Below, one piece after another: positions 17,143 through 27,248 of a stretch of DNA of 64,000 nt. Each line of letters opens with the position of its first letter. The stretch's first letter is position 1. Source of the DNA: a bacterium (GTDB taxonomy: Bacteria > Patescibacteriota > Dojkabacteria > SC72); assembly GCA_022840695.1 (NCBI GenBank), contig JALHDC010000002.1:25753-89752 (forward strand). Direction: 5' to 3'. A program made the position numbers and the translations under genes. The notes under the pieces were generated by a model that saw only the letters and a program-made list of their open reading frames with translations, had not been told where the DNA came from and searched no databases.

Positions 17143-18438
17143 ATGAAAAATAATATAAATACACAACCAATGCCAGGATTCATGGAACTACTACCACAAC
17201 AACAGATGGTATTTAATAATATGATCAAAACCATAAGGGAGGTATATGAGCTATATGGATTTAGACCAATAGAGACACCGTTATTAGAACGATCAGAGGT
17301 CCTTTTGGCAAAAGGAAGTGGAGAAACAGATAAACAAATATATAGATTTAAAAAAGGAGATGCAGATATATCCCTTAGGTTTGACTTAACAGTACCATTA
17401 GCTAGATATGTAGCAAACAATCAAAATGATTTGGTATTTCCATTCAAGATAGGGAACATTGGTAAGGTATACAGAGGAGAAAAACCACAAGCAGGAAGAT
17501 TTAGAGAATTCTATCAATGTGATTTCGATGTAATAGGCAGAGAAGAATTACCAATATCATATGATGCAGAGATAGTAGCAATGATATATCAAATGTTTAC
17601 TAAATTAGGATTAAACAATTTAAAAATTAAAATCAATAACAGGAAAGTATTAAATGGATTCTTTAGAAGTCTAAGTATTTCCAACTCTCAAGATATTCTT
17701 AGAATAATAGATAAGATTGAGAAAATTGGAAAAGGAAAAGTAGAGGAAGAATTAAAAGGTATAGGAGTATCAAAAGATACTGTAGAAAAAATCTTAAATT
17801 TCTTGAATATAAAAGAGGATGTTGTAAAAAAGTTAAAAAATTTAGACATAGAAGATGAAGAGTTCAAAAAAGGAGTAGAAGAATTAGAGTATGTACAAAA
17901 TCAGGTTGAGATATTTGAAATACCAAAAGAAGCATTTGAAATAGATTTAACTATTGCAAGAGGATTAGACTACTATACAGGAACTGTATACGAAACAATC
18001 CTAAACAACTATCCTAATTTTGGTTCAGTATGCTCTGGTGGAAGATATGACAACCTTACATCCTTCTATACTTCTAATAACTATCCAGGAGTAGGGTGTA
18101 GCATAGGCCTTACAAGGCTATTTGATTGTTTACTAAAAAATAATCTTCTTGATATTAAAACAGAAACAGATACCCAACTTCTAGTTATAGGTATGGATGG
18201 ATACGAAAACAATGCTACAAAATTAGGAACTGATTTAAGAAAAGAAAATATCAATACAGAAGTTATGAATAGCCTAAAGAACGGTCTTAAATATGCAAAC
18301 AGATTAAAGATACCTATTGTTGTGATAATAGGGGAACAAGAAGCAAAGAGTAACAGCTTTACTGTAAAAGATATGAATAGTGGTCAACAAAGTACTTTAA
18401 AATATGATGCTTTATTAAAATATCTTAGAGCTAATTAA
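17143..18438 (+). CDS. hisS: histidine--tRNA ligase
   Basis: LRFDLTVP, GRFREFYQCDFD, ARGLDYYTG, GGRYD. Confidence 0.98.
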   Translation: MKNNINTQPMPGFMELLPQQQMVFNNMIKTIREVYELYGFRPIETPLLERSEVLLAKGSGETDKQIYRFKKGDADISLRFDLTVPLARYVANNQNDLVFPFKIGNIGKVYRGEKPQAGRFREFYQCDFDVIGREELPISYDAEIVAMIYQMFTKLGLNNLKIKINNRKVLNGFFRSLSISNSQDILRIIDKIEKIGKGKVEEELKGIGVSKDTVEKILNFLNIKEDVVKKLKNLDIEDEEFKKGVEELEYVQNQVEIFEIPKEAFEIDLTIARGLDYYTGTVYETILNNYPNFGSVCSGGRYDNLTSFYTSNNYPGVGCSIGLTRLFDCLLKNNLLDIKTETDTQLLVIGMDGYENNATKLGTDLRKENINTEVMNSLKNGLKYANRLKIPIVVIIGEQEAKSNSFTVKDMNSGQQSTLKYDALLKYLRAN

Positions 18439-18650
18439 AGGATCTCAACAATCTTCTCTTTACTTCTTAATCCATGTTTAATAGACACATTGCCTTTTGG
18501 TACATTAAAGAATTTTGATAATTGATTGATTACAGAAATATTAGCTCTATTTTCCTTCGCTGGTTCCTTAGTATGAACAATATATAATCCATTTTTCAAA
18601 ACTATATTATTTTCTTTTGAGTTACTCTTAACCCTTATTCTAATAATCAT
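18435..18650 (-). CDS. DUF167 (YggU-like) protein
   Basis: IRVKSNS...PAKENRAN...GLRSKEK pattern. Confidence 0.85.
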   Translation of the reverse strand: MIIRIRVKSNSKENNIVLKNGLYIVHTKEPAKENRANISVINQLSKFFNVPKGNVSIKHGLRSKEKIVEIL

Positions 18651-18684
18651 TTTAAAACAAATTATACATTACTTTAGAAAATAT

Positions 18685-18713
18685 TTGACACAATTTAAAA
18701 CAAATTGTATATT
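18685..18713 (+). promoter_or_regulatory. sigma70 promoter of the ABC-upp-tudS operon, with a palindrome in the spacer
   Basis: TTGACA-17bp-TATATT; ACAATTT-N5-AAATTGT at 18690-18708. Confidence 0.75.
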
Positions 18714-18760
18714 GTATTCTTAGAGTGACTACTCTAAGAAAAACAAAAACAACTAGAAAT

Positions 18761-19582
18761 ATGATAATTCAAAAAGACCTGAGCGGTCTTTTTTTTTGGT
18801 TTAAAAAGAGTAATTTAGTAAAAATATTTAAAACAATTCTCTTTTTAACAATATTACTATTAACATGGGAATTAATTATTACGAAGTTTAATATTCCAAA
18901 AAGAATAATACCGAAACCTACAGATCTATTTAATTTTCTACAACAGGAATTCTTAAATTCAAAATCAACAACCGTCCTTACTAAATCCATATTTAGTTTC
19001 AAAGATGCTTTAATTGGATTTTTCCTTTCTCTATTGGTAGGAACAGGGATAGGTATTACACTTTCAAAGAGTAAAACAGTAGATGCAATACTTTTTCCTT
19101 TCCTCTTTTTAACTCAGATAGTACCAGTTCCTGCATTAGCACCTGTACTAGCCGCAATACTTGGATATGGACAAACAACTAAAATATTTTTGATTGTTCT
19201 GTTTACAATATTTCCGATAGCTGTAATTATTAAAAATGCCATTCTTAACATTCCTGAAAATTACACACTACTCCTTCATACCTATACAAGAAAAAGATTT
19301 GCAATATTTAAACATCTAATACTTCCTTCTTTAGTCCCTCCTTTACTCTCTGTCATGAAAATAGTCGCCACATCTAGTATTGTTGCAACAATCATTACAG
19401 AACTACCTCTTTCTGTTAAAAATGGTATTGGAAAAGATATATATAATTCATTTAACAATCAATTAATTCCAAGAGTTTGGGTTAGTGTAATAATCATTTC
19501 AATCATATCGCTTCTCTTTTTCAACTGTATATCATTTTTTGAAAAATATATAACCTCAAAATATAAATATGGTCAATACTAA
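18761..19582 (+). CDS. ABC transporter permease (NitT/TauT family)
   Basis: LTWELII...IPKP, PVPALAP; ATG 18761 chosen (GTG 18725 also possible). Confidence 0.88.
   Translation: MIIQKDLSGLFFWFKKSNLVKIFKTILFLTILLLTWELIITKFNIPKRIIPKPTDLFNFLQQEFLNSKSTTVLTKSIFSFKDALIGFFLSLLVGTGIGITLSKSKTVDAILFPFLFLTQIVPVPALAPVLAAILGYGQTTKIFLIVLFTIFPIAVIIKNAILNIPENYTLLLHTYTRKRFAIFKHLILPSLVPPLLSVMKIVATSSIVATIITELPLSVKNGIGKDIYNSFNNQLIPRVWVSVIIISIISLLFFNCISFFEKYITSKYKYGQY
18771..18797 (+). terminator. intrinsic terminator-like hairpin inside the 5' end of the permease ORF
   Basis: AAAAAGACC-TGAGC-GGTCTTTTTTTTT. Confidence 0.7.
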
Positions 19583-20354
19583 AGCAATAGAAGTGAAGAG
19601 ATTAAGTGCTGATTTCAAAGGAGATGGTAAAGATTTAAATGTTTTAAGTAATATTAATTTTACAATATCCAAAGGATCATTTAATTGCATAATCGGTCCC
19701 TCTGGATGTGGGAAATCAACTCTATTTAGACTTCTAAGTGGATTACCCACAAGAGATTCTTGCAAAATATCAGGAAGTATTAGAGTTTTAGGTAAAAAGC
19801 CAGAAACTGCATCAAGGAATAGGGAGATAGGCTTAGTATTACAGAAACCTACACTTCTAGAGTGGAGAGATGTCCAAAGTAATATTGCACTTCCATTAGA
19901 GATCATGGGATATACAAAAGAGAAACAGGAAGAAAAAATATCTGAACTGTTAAATCTTTTGGATTTAAATGAATATTCTGAATACAGACCTAGTGAACTA
20001 TCTGGAGGTATGCAGCAAAAAGTTTCAATCGGTAGGGCACTTGCATACGATCCAGAACTACTTTTAATGGATGAACCATTTGGAGCATTGGATGAGATTA
20101 ATAGAAGAAGAATGAATAATGAAATTATTAAGATATGGAGGAAAACAAAAAAGACAATTCTTTTCATAACACATAGCATAGATGAAGCAGTATATCTTTC
20201 TCAAAAAGTTATGGTTCTTTCTAAGAAACCATCGACTATTCACAAAACCATCAATATAGATCTTGAATATCCAAGGGAGAAGGAAGAAAACAGTAGTAAA
20301 TATTTTAAATATATAAAAGAGGTAAGAGGATATCTAAATGAAGCAAGTTGTTAA
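19569..20354 (+). CDS. ABC transporter ATP-binding protein (NitT/TauT)
   Basis: GPSGCGKS, LSGGMQQ, MDEPFGALD. Confidence 0.95.
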   Translation: MVNTKAIEVKRLSADFKGDGKDLNVLSNINFTISKGSFNCIIGPSGCGKSTLFRLLSGLPTRDSCKISGSIRVLGKKPETASRNREIGLVLQKPTLLEWRDVQSNIALPLEIMGYTKEKQEEKISELLNLLDLNEYSEYRPSELSGGMQQKVSIGRALAYDPELLLMDEPFGALDEINRRRMNNEIIKIWRKTKKTILFITHSIDEAVYLSQKVMVLSKKPSTIHKTINIDLEYPREKEENSSKYFKYIKEVRGYLNEASC

Positions 20355-21099
20355 AAAAGAATATACATATTTAATATCGATAATTACAATTATTGCTTTT
20401 CTGCTTCTTTGGGAAATACTTTTAAATATATTGGACATATCTAGAGCTGTATTAATTAAACCAACGGAGATACTTAAGACAGCGATATCAGAATATGACA
20501 TTATTCTTAGTGAGCTTCTGTATACAGCAAAGGAAATAATACCGGGGTGGATAATAGGAAATAGTTTGGGATTTTTTGTAGCAGTAACTATTTACAGAAG
20601 ACAAAATATATCAACAAAGTTAGTAAATACATTTGTATTAATAAATTCTGTCCCTTTAATAGCTCTCTCAGCTATATTAGGGGGCATTATGGGAACTAAT
20701 ACAGATCAAAAAATATTAATAGTTTCCTTAGTATTATTTTTTCCCATGTTAATTACAGCACTATCTCAATTAACAACTATAGAAGATGACCATAGAGATC
20801 TTCTTCTTACATACTCTGCATCTCAAAAGGATATTTTTAAGAAAATACTCTTACCAAAATCTCTACCGTTCCTACTTAACTGTATAAAGGTTAGTGTAAT
20901 TACTGCAATATTTACAGCAATCACTGCTGAATTTTTCGGAGGATATGGTGGTATAGGGATATTCATACTTTCAAAAAAAGGACTATATAACTTACCTTTA
21001 GTATGGGCAAGCATATTTTACATAGCGATATTTGGAACTATCTTTTATTTTTCTGTTGAGGCTTTGCAAAAAAAGTTAACACCTTGGCAGAGATCATAG
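20338..21099 (+). CDS. ABC transporter permease (NitT/TauT)
   Basis: LLWEILL, PLIAL, AEFFGG...GIG. Confidence 0.9.
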   Translation: MKQVVKKEYTYLISIITIIAFLLLWEILLNILDISRAVLIKPTEILKTAISEYDIILSELLYTAKEIIPGWIIGNSLGFFVAVTIYRRQNISTKLVNTFVLINSVPLIALSAILGGIMGTNTDQKILIVSLVLFFPMLITALSQLTTIEDDHRDLLLTYSASQKDIFKKILLPKSLPFLLNCIKVSVITAIFTAITAEFFGGYGGIGIFILSKKGLYNLPLVWASIFYIAIFGTIFYFSVEALQKKLTPWQRS

Positions 21100-21136
21100 A
21101 TAGTGACATATATATTTAAATTATTAATTATTTAAT

Positions 21137-22180
21137 ATGGAAGAAAAGAATTCTTCTAATTCACTTCTAATTGGAGTGATACTTCTTCTGCTTGTGGCAG
21201 CTGGAGTATATTTTCTCTTTCTGAAAGATTCTCCTGAGAATGAGGAAGAGGGTAAGGATACAGTTACTTTGCAACTTAAATGGATTGAGCAAGCTCAGTT
21301 CATGGGCTTTTTAGTTGCTAGAGAGCTTGGATACTACGAGGATGAAGGTATAGATATTGAGATACTACCAGGAGGAGTTGGTATTAATCCAATAGATGTC
21401 CTAATTGCTGGAGATGCAGATGTAGCTGTAGCATGGACGGGTAATGTACTACCAGCAATATCCCAAGGTGAAGAGTTAGTAAATATTGGACAAGGATTAC
21501 AAAGATCTGCAATGAGATTAATGGCATTAAAAGAAAGTGGTATAGAAAACCCAGAGGATATAGAAGGAAAAAAGATTGGAACATGGCCAGGTGGTAATGA
21601 ATTAGAGCCATATGCATTCATAGAGATGCAAGGATTGGATAAAGATAGAGATGTTACATTGGTAAGTCAGAATTTTGATATGAACCAATTACTAAATGGT
21701 GAAATAGATCTTGCCTCTGCAATGATTTATAACGAATATTGGCTACCAATAGAGCAAGGATATAATGAAGATGATTTCACAGTATTTGATATGGAAGAAG
21801 AGGGTGCAGGCATGCTACAGGATGCTTTATTTGTTAAAAAAGATTTCTTAGATAACAATGAAGATCTTTTAGTAAGATTCCTTAGAGCAAGTATAAAAGG
21901 ATGGGAGTATGCTATAGCAAATCCCGAAGAAGCTGTAGATTTAATGAAATTAGATTTTACTGCTAATGATGTAACTGCAAAAGATCATCAAATTAGAATG
22001 GCACAAGAAACAGCAAAACTATATCAATCTGATGATGGAGCTAGTAAAGGTCTTTTCTACATAAATGAAGAAAAGCTTCAACAAACTGTAGATATTGCTA
22101 CAGAGTATATTGAGGAAGTAAAGAATATAGATATTTCCAAGATATATACTTTGAGTATATGGGAGAAAGCTATACAGTAA
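21137..22180 (+). CDS. NMT1/THI5-like substrate-binding protein
   Basis: VTLQLKWIEQAQFMG...GYYEDEGIDIEILPGG, AMIYNE. Confidence 0.9.
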   Translation: MEEKNSSNSLLIGVILLLLVAAGVYFLFLKDSPENEEEGKDTVTLQLKWIEQAQFMGFLVARELGYYEDEGIDIEILPGGVGINPIDVLIAGDADVAVAWTGNVLPAISQGEELVNIGQGLQRSAMRLMALKESGIENPEDIEGKKIGTWPGGNELEPYAFIEMQGLDKDRDVTLVSQNFDMNQLLNGEIDLASAMIYNEYWLPIEQGYNEDDFTVFDMEEEGAGMLQDALFVKKDFLDNNEDLLVRFLRASIKGWEYAIANPEEAVDLMKLDFTANDVTAKDHQIRMAQETAKLYQSDDGASKGLFYINEEKLQQTVDIATEYIEEVKNIDISKIYTLSIWEKAIQ

Positions 22181-22824
22181 TGAAAAACCTTACTCTTCTT
22201 ACAAATCCAGTTATACAAAGCATTGGATTGAAACTTCATGATAAGGATAACAATCCTCATGAATATAGGGAGTATGCCAGATTATTAGGTCTATACATGG
22301 GTATAGACCTTTCTGGTAGAAGTATACTACCTACAAAAAAAGTTATTTGTAAAACACCACTTGGCTCACTCACATCAGAGGTTATAGATGACAATAAAAT
22401 AGGAATAGTGAATGTATTAAGAGCTGGGACTGGTATGGCATTGGGAGTAGGGGAAGCATTTCCTGAAAGCTGTATTGCCTTTATATCTGCATGGAGAAGA
22501 CAGGAAAACAATACTATTATTGCAGACACGGATTACAATAGAGGGATAGAGGATTTAGATAAAAAAATTGTAATTATAACAGATCCTGCCTTGGCATCTG
22601 GTTCTTCCATACTAGCCTGTATCGATGTAATACATAAGAAAGTAAAACCTAAGAAAATAATAATATGCTGTTTACATGCTGCAACTGAGGGTATAAAAAA
22701 TATAAGAAAGGAGTATCCTGATATTAATATATACTCTGTATTTGGACCTAGTGATTTAAACGAAAAATTCTATATCGTAAATGGTCCTGGAGATTGTGGA
22801 GATAGAAGCTTTAATACAAAGTAG
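22180..22824 (+). CDS. upp: uracil phosphoribosyltransferase-family protein
   Basis: VLRAG, ITDPALASGSS (PRPP motif), YIVNGPGDCGDR; TAATG overlap. Confidence 0.85.
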   Translation: MKNLTLLTNPVIQSIGLKLHDKDNNPHEYREYARLLGLYMGIDLSGRSILPTKKVICKTPLGSLTSEVIDDNKIGIVNVLRAGTGMALGVGEAFPESCIAFISAWRRQENNTIIADTDYNRGIEDLDKKIVIITDPALASGSSILACIDVIHKKVKPKKIIICCLHAATEGIKNIRKEYPDINIYSVFGPSDLNEKFYIVNGPGDCGDRSFNTK

Positions 22825-22848
22825 AAATTAAATTAATATTTATACTAT

Positions 22849-23316
22849 ATGAAAGTGCTAGTAAGTGCATGTCTGTTGGGCATTAATAGTAGATATGATG
22901 GTAAAAACAAATTTAATAAAGATCTTCTTTCTTTTTTAATTAATAACAACATAGATTTTTTTCCTCTTTGTGCAGAGCAACTAGGAGGCTTAACAACTCC
23001 AAGAGAACCATCTGAGATAGAGTATGGTTTTACAGCTCAAGATGTTATTGAGGGTAGAGGAAGAGTATTAACAAAAAGTGGAAAAAATGTTACTAAGAAT
23101 TATATCGATGGAGCAAATGAGGTATTAAAATTTTGCAAATCTATAAATATTACTCATGCTATATTAGCTGAAAAAAGCCCGTCTTGTGGATATACAAAAA
23201 CATATGATGGAACATTTAGTGGGATATTAATAGATGGTAATGGAATACTTACTCAATTACTCAAAAACAATGGAATTGCGATTGTAAAAGATATGCAAGA
23301 TTTAAACAAAAGTTAA
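22849..23316 (+). CDS. DUF523 / TudS thiouracil desulfidase-family protein
   Basis: VSACLLG...RYDG, CAEQLGGL..PREP, KSPSCG. Confidence 0.88.
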   Translation: MKVLVSACLLGINSRYDGKNKFNKDLLSFLINNNIDFFPLCAEQLGGLTTPREPSEIEYGFTAQDVIEGRGRVLTKSGKNVTKNYIDGANEVLKFCKSINITHAILAEKSPSCGYTKTYDGTFSGILIDGNGILTQLLKNNGIAIVKDMQDLNKS

Positions 23317-24483
23317 AGCAAAACCTTTCTTACCTGCTCTTCCTGTTCTTCCAATACGATGGATATAATCCTCGTATGATTGAGGCATATCGTAATTAAT
23401 AACATGAGAGATATTATTTACATCTAAACCTCTAGATGCTACATCTGTTGCTATCAACACATCTATGCTTCCTTTCTTGAACCTATCAATTATTCTACTT
23501 CTCTGGCTCTGTTTCTTATTTCCATGTAAAGCTTCTACATATATTTTACATTCCTCCAATTTTTTACATAGATTGTCTGCACCTCTTTTTGTTGCTGTAA
23601 AGACCAATACTTTCTTTACTTCTTCTTTTCCTAATAAATTCTTTAAAACATCAAATTTGTTTTGATCTCTTTCTAATCTAATTACATCCTGATCTACATT
23701 CCTTCCTGGTTCCTGTCTCTCTATTTCAATTCTAATTGGATTATGTAATAAGGTGTTGGCTATTTGCTCTGATTTGTTATTCATAGTGGCTGAGAAGAAT
23801 AGGGACTGTCTTTCTTTCTTAAGACCATCTATTATGAATTTAATATCGTTAATAAATCCCATATCTAACATCCTATCCACTTCATCTAGAATGACATTAT
23901 TTATTGTAGAAAGATTAATTTCTCTTCTTTCTGTTAAATCTTTTAATCTCCCAGGAGTACAAATGATGAATTCTGGATTCCTTCTTAATATACTAATTTG
24001 AGTTCTCATACTGTTTCCACCCATTATTAATACACTATTAATACCTGTGTTTCTTGAAAGTTGTCTAAATTCATCCTGTATTTGCATAGCCAATTCCCTA
24101 GTGGGGACAACTATTAGACATCTACTGTTTCTATCCTTAACAATTTTATTTATCATTGGAATTAAAAATGCTGCAGTTTTACCTGATCCAGTAGTAGCAA
24201 TGCCTAGGATATCTCTTCCACTTAATATCTCAGGTATAGCCTTATACTGTATTTTTGTAGGATGACTATAGCCTTTTTCGTATGCATTTCTTTTTAATAT
24301 CTTAGTGATATCAAATTGAGAATATTCAAAATCATCTACAAACATATTCATAGGCTCACTATCTACAGCCTTAGCTACCAATTTGTCTACCGAGATAGCA
24401 TTTGGCTTATATCGAGATCTTCTTGAATTGTTATTATATCTATTATGGCGATATCCTCCATTACTTCTGTGATAATTTCTCAC
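23302..24483 (-). CDS. DEAD-box RNA helicase
   Basis: ATTGSGKT, PTRELA, DEVD, SAT, HRIGRTGRAG. Confidence 0.95.
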   Translation of the reverse strand: MRNYHRSNGGYRHNRYNNNSRRSRYKPNAISVDKLVAKAVDSEPMNMFVDDFEYSQFDITKILKRNAYEKGYSHPTKIQYKAIPEILSGRDILGIATTGSGKTAAFLIPMINKIVKDRNSRCLIVVPTRELAMQIQDEFRQLSRNTGINSVLIMGGNSMRTQISILRRNPEFIICTPGRLKDLTERREINLSTINNVILDEVDRMLDMGFINDIKFIIDGLKKERQSLFFSATMNNKSEQIANTLLHNPIRIEIERQEPGRNVDQDVIRLERDQNKFDVLKNLLGKEEVKKVLVFTATKRGADNLCKKLEECKIYVEALHGNKKQSQRSRIIDRFKKGSIDVLIATDVASRGLDVNNISHVINYDMPQSYEDYIHRIGRTGRAGKKGFALTFV

Positions 24484-24625
24484 GGTTGTATGTATTTATT
24501 TTATTTTCAGTTTCTTATAGATAACCGAATATAAAATTTAAACCGTAAGGTACTTATTTCGTGAATCTACATTAAACGAAGGCTCAGTATACCATTATAT
24601 TGATAATTAGTATATAGCTACTATA

Positions 24626-25006
24626 TTAATGATGATGCTCTTCCTCAGCTTTCATTGCATCTTCTCTTGTAGCATGTACTGTACCCTCTGGGTGATTTGC
24701 AGGAGCATAGATTGTGTATAGCTTTAAATCTCCATCTCCTACATTGATAACATTATGCTTAGATCCTGCGGGTACTATAGCAACCATGTCTTCTTTAACT
24801 ATATTCTCTTCACCATCTATAACGAATTTTGCTTCTCCTTCTTCTACTCTAAAGAACTGATCAACTGTATCATGAACCTCTTCGCCTATATCTTCACCAG
24901 CCTTAAGAGACATAACTACTAATTGCATATGACTACCTGTAAACAATACTTTTCTGAAATTAGAATTTTCTAATGTCTTTTCCTCAATATTATCTATGTA
25001 TCCCAT
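24626..25006 (-). CDS. cupin domain protein
   Basis: EDIGEEVH...QFFRVEEG...VPAGSKHNV. Confidence 0.9.
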   Translation of the reverse strand: MGYIDNIEEKTLENSNFRKVLFTGSHMQLVVMSLKAGEDIGEEVHDTVDQFFRVEEGEAKFVIDGEENIVKEDMVAIVPAGSKHNVINVGDGDLKLYTIYAPANHPEGTVHATREDAMKAEEEHHH

Positions 25007-25085
25007 GATTAATAAATATAACAATTTAAATATCTATGACTATATTGTACATCATTGTTGAGAAAATTTCCTAAGAGGGTGTAAC

Positions 25086-25628
25086 TTAACCAAATACCTT
25101 TTTAATTAATACCTTCTGTCTTTTAAATAGTGGGTGCTTTTTATCCGTATTAGCTATTATACTTTCATATACATTTCTGTGATACCATTCCTGATCTTCT
25201 CTTCCTCTTTTGAACTTACTCCATACCTCTTCTCCTTCTCTTTGTAAATCAATATATATTGATTCTAGATTATTTATCTTATCTGCACATTCGACTAACT
25301 TTACTTCTATACCTGCATCTTTAACATGATCTATTGTTTCCTGTTTTCTAACTTTCCAAGGCAAACTCTTATCTGATTCAGATACACCATCTACAATATT
25401 AGCTATTTTTTTACCAAATCTTTTCTCAATATCTTCCTTGGTATATGGGGTATCTTCTATAACATCATGTAATAGTCCAGATATAATAATATCATCACAA
25501 CATCCAGCTCTCTGTAATATCATTCCTACTGTAAATGGGTGAAATATCATTGCAACATCTTCCATCTTCCTATTTTGTCCATTGTGTGCCTTAGTTGCAA
25601 AATATATTGCTTTCTCTACCTTATCCAT
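25086..25628 (-). CDS. HD-domain small alarmone hydrolase-like protein (Mesh1/SpoT HD family)
   Basis: AHNGQNRK...HP...LLHDVIEDT...ADKINNL. Confidence 0.85.
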   Translation of the reverse strand: MDKVEKAIYFATKAHNGQNRKMEDVAMIFHPFTVGMILQRAGCCDDIIISGLLHDVIEDTPYTKEDIEKRFGKKIANIVDGVSESDKSLPWKVRKQETIDHVKDAGIEVKLVECADKINNLESIYIDLQREGEEVWSKFKRGREDQEWYHRNVYESIIANTDKKHPLFKRQKVLIKKVFG

Positions 25629-25730
25629 ATATCTATTCTAAAATTTTATTAGTATATCACTTTGTTAGAAATATATTAATTATTTTTGATATGATGTAAT
25701 ATATATTTAACTAAATATATATGTACTGCC

Positions 25731-26255
25731 ATGTTTCTTTCGAATAAAACAATTAGTAAATATATCCAAAAAGGAAAGATTATTGTAAAAGGAAAACTCC
25801 ATATTGAAACAAAGGGCATTACAATGAATTTAGGAAATGAATTATTAATACCCAAACCAAATCAAACTGTAGACACAGAAAGTCCAAAGGAGATTAGGTA
25901 TGAAAAATATGATTTAGAGAAAGAACCATATATACTCAAACCTAATGATTTTGTATTAGGATCTACATTGCAAAATATTAAAACAGGCAAGAATATAATT
26001 ACTATGATAGATGGAAGATCTACATTTGCTAGAGTAGGGATGACTGTACATATCACAGCTTTTGTATTGGATGGGATACCTTTTAACAATGAAAATTCTG
26101 TATTAGAAATAAAGAATCTAGGAAATTGTAATATTGTATTACATAAAGGTGAGCAGATTGGTACATATCTGTTTGCAAAACTAAGTGAAAAGATAGTAGG
26201 GGGAAAAGAAAGTAAGTACGAGGGACAGAATGGTGTAGTTGGAGTAAAGCTTTAA
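25731..26255 (+). CDS. dcd: dCTP deaminase family protein
   Basis: LKPNDFVLGST, DGRSTFARVG, C-terminal SKYEGQ. Confidence 0.8.
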   Translation: MFLSNKTISKYIQKGKIIVKGKLHIETKGITMNLGNELLIPKPNQTVDTESPKEIRYEKYDLEKEPYILKPNDFVLGSTLQNIKTGKNIITMIDGRSTFARVGMTVHITAFVLDGIPFNNENSVLEIKNLGNCNIVLHKGEQIGTYLFAKLSEKIVGGKESKYEGQNGVVGVKL

Positions 26256-26258
26256 ATT

Positions 26259-27248
26259 ATGGAAAAAATATATCCTAAAAAACTCAAGAGGGGAGATAGT
26301 ATAGCAGTAATAGCACCTTCTATGTCGATGGCTTTAATAGGAGATGATTGTAAAACATACTCAAAGAAATATTTTGAAGATGAATTAGGATTAAAAGTAA
26401 CATTTAGTAATAATGCAGAAGAGTTAGATGATTTCAGATCATCCTCTATACAGTCAAGAGTCGAAGATTTACAGAATGCTTTTTTGGATCGCAATATTAA
26501 AGCTATATTCACAATTATTGGAGGTTTTAATTGTAATCAAATGCTAGATTACATAGATTGGGATATTATAAAAAATAATCCGAAAATATTTTGCGGATTT
26601 TCTGATATTACTGCTTTTAATAATGCAATATATGCCAAGACAGGTCTAGTTACATATTCAGGACCTCACTATTCAACATTTGGACAAAAAGAATTAGATC
26701 CATATACACCTGAATATCTAAGAAAATGTCTATTTAAAGATACCTCTTTCGAAATAGTACCAAGCAAAAGATGGACTGACGATGCTTGGTATAGAGATCA
26801 AGATAACAGAAATTATATTGAGAATGATGGATATTGGATTGTAAATGAGGGTAAAGCAGAGGGAACTATTCTGGGAGCCAATCTTTGTACTTTTAATCTA
26901 CTGCAAGGGACACAGTATATGCCTTCTCTTGATAATTCAATACTCTTTTTAGAAGATGACTCAGAATCTAAGCTAGGAAATTTTGATAGAGATTTACATT
27001 CAATAATCCATCAAAAGAATTTTGATAAAGTAAGAGGCATTGTTATTGGTAGATTTCAAAAAAATAGTGATATATCAAAAGAAGAATTTAAGATGATGAT
27101 TAAGAACAAAAGAGAATTAGAAAACATACCAATTGTAGCCAATGTTGATTTTGGTCATACTGATCCCAAAATCGCATTCCCAATTGGGGGAGAGTGTACC
27201 CTCGAGACGATCGATAACAAATGTAAGATTCTAATAACAAAGCATTAA
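26259..27248 (+). CDS. S66 LD-carboxypeptidase / MccF family
   Basis: IAPS, IGGFN, GFSDIT, FLED, DFGHTDP. Confidence 0.92.
   Translation: MEKIYPKKLKRGDSIAVIAPSMSMALIGDDCKTYSKKYFEDELGLKVTFSNNAEELDDFRSSSIQSRVEDLQNAFLDRNIKAIFTIIGGFNCNQMLDYIDWDIIKNNPKIFCGFSDITAFNNAIYAKTGLVTYSGPHYSTFGQKELDPYTPEYLRKCLFKDTSFEIVPSKRWTDDAWYRDQDNRNYIENDGYWIVNEGKAEGTILGANLCTFNLLQGTQYMPSLDNSILFLEDDSESKLGNFDRDLHSIIHQKNFDKVRGIVIGRFQKNSDISKEEFKMMIKNKRELENIPIVANVDFGHTDPKIAFPIGGECTLETIDNKCKILITKH

Noticed and set aside
18719-18760. preQ1-I riboswitch (hairpin, A-rich tail, CUAG)
   Set aside because: The loop is only 4 nt and cannot form the required pseudoknot; downstream genes are not queuosine related.
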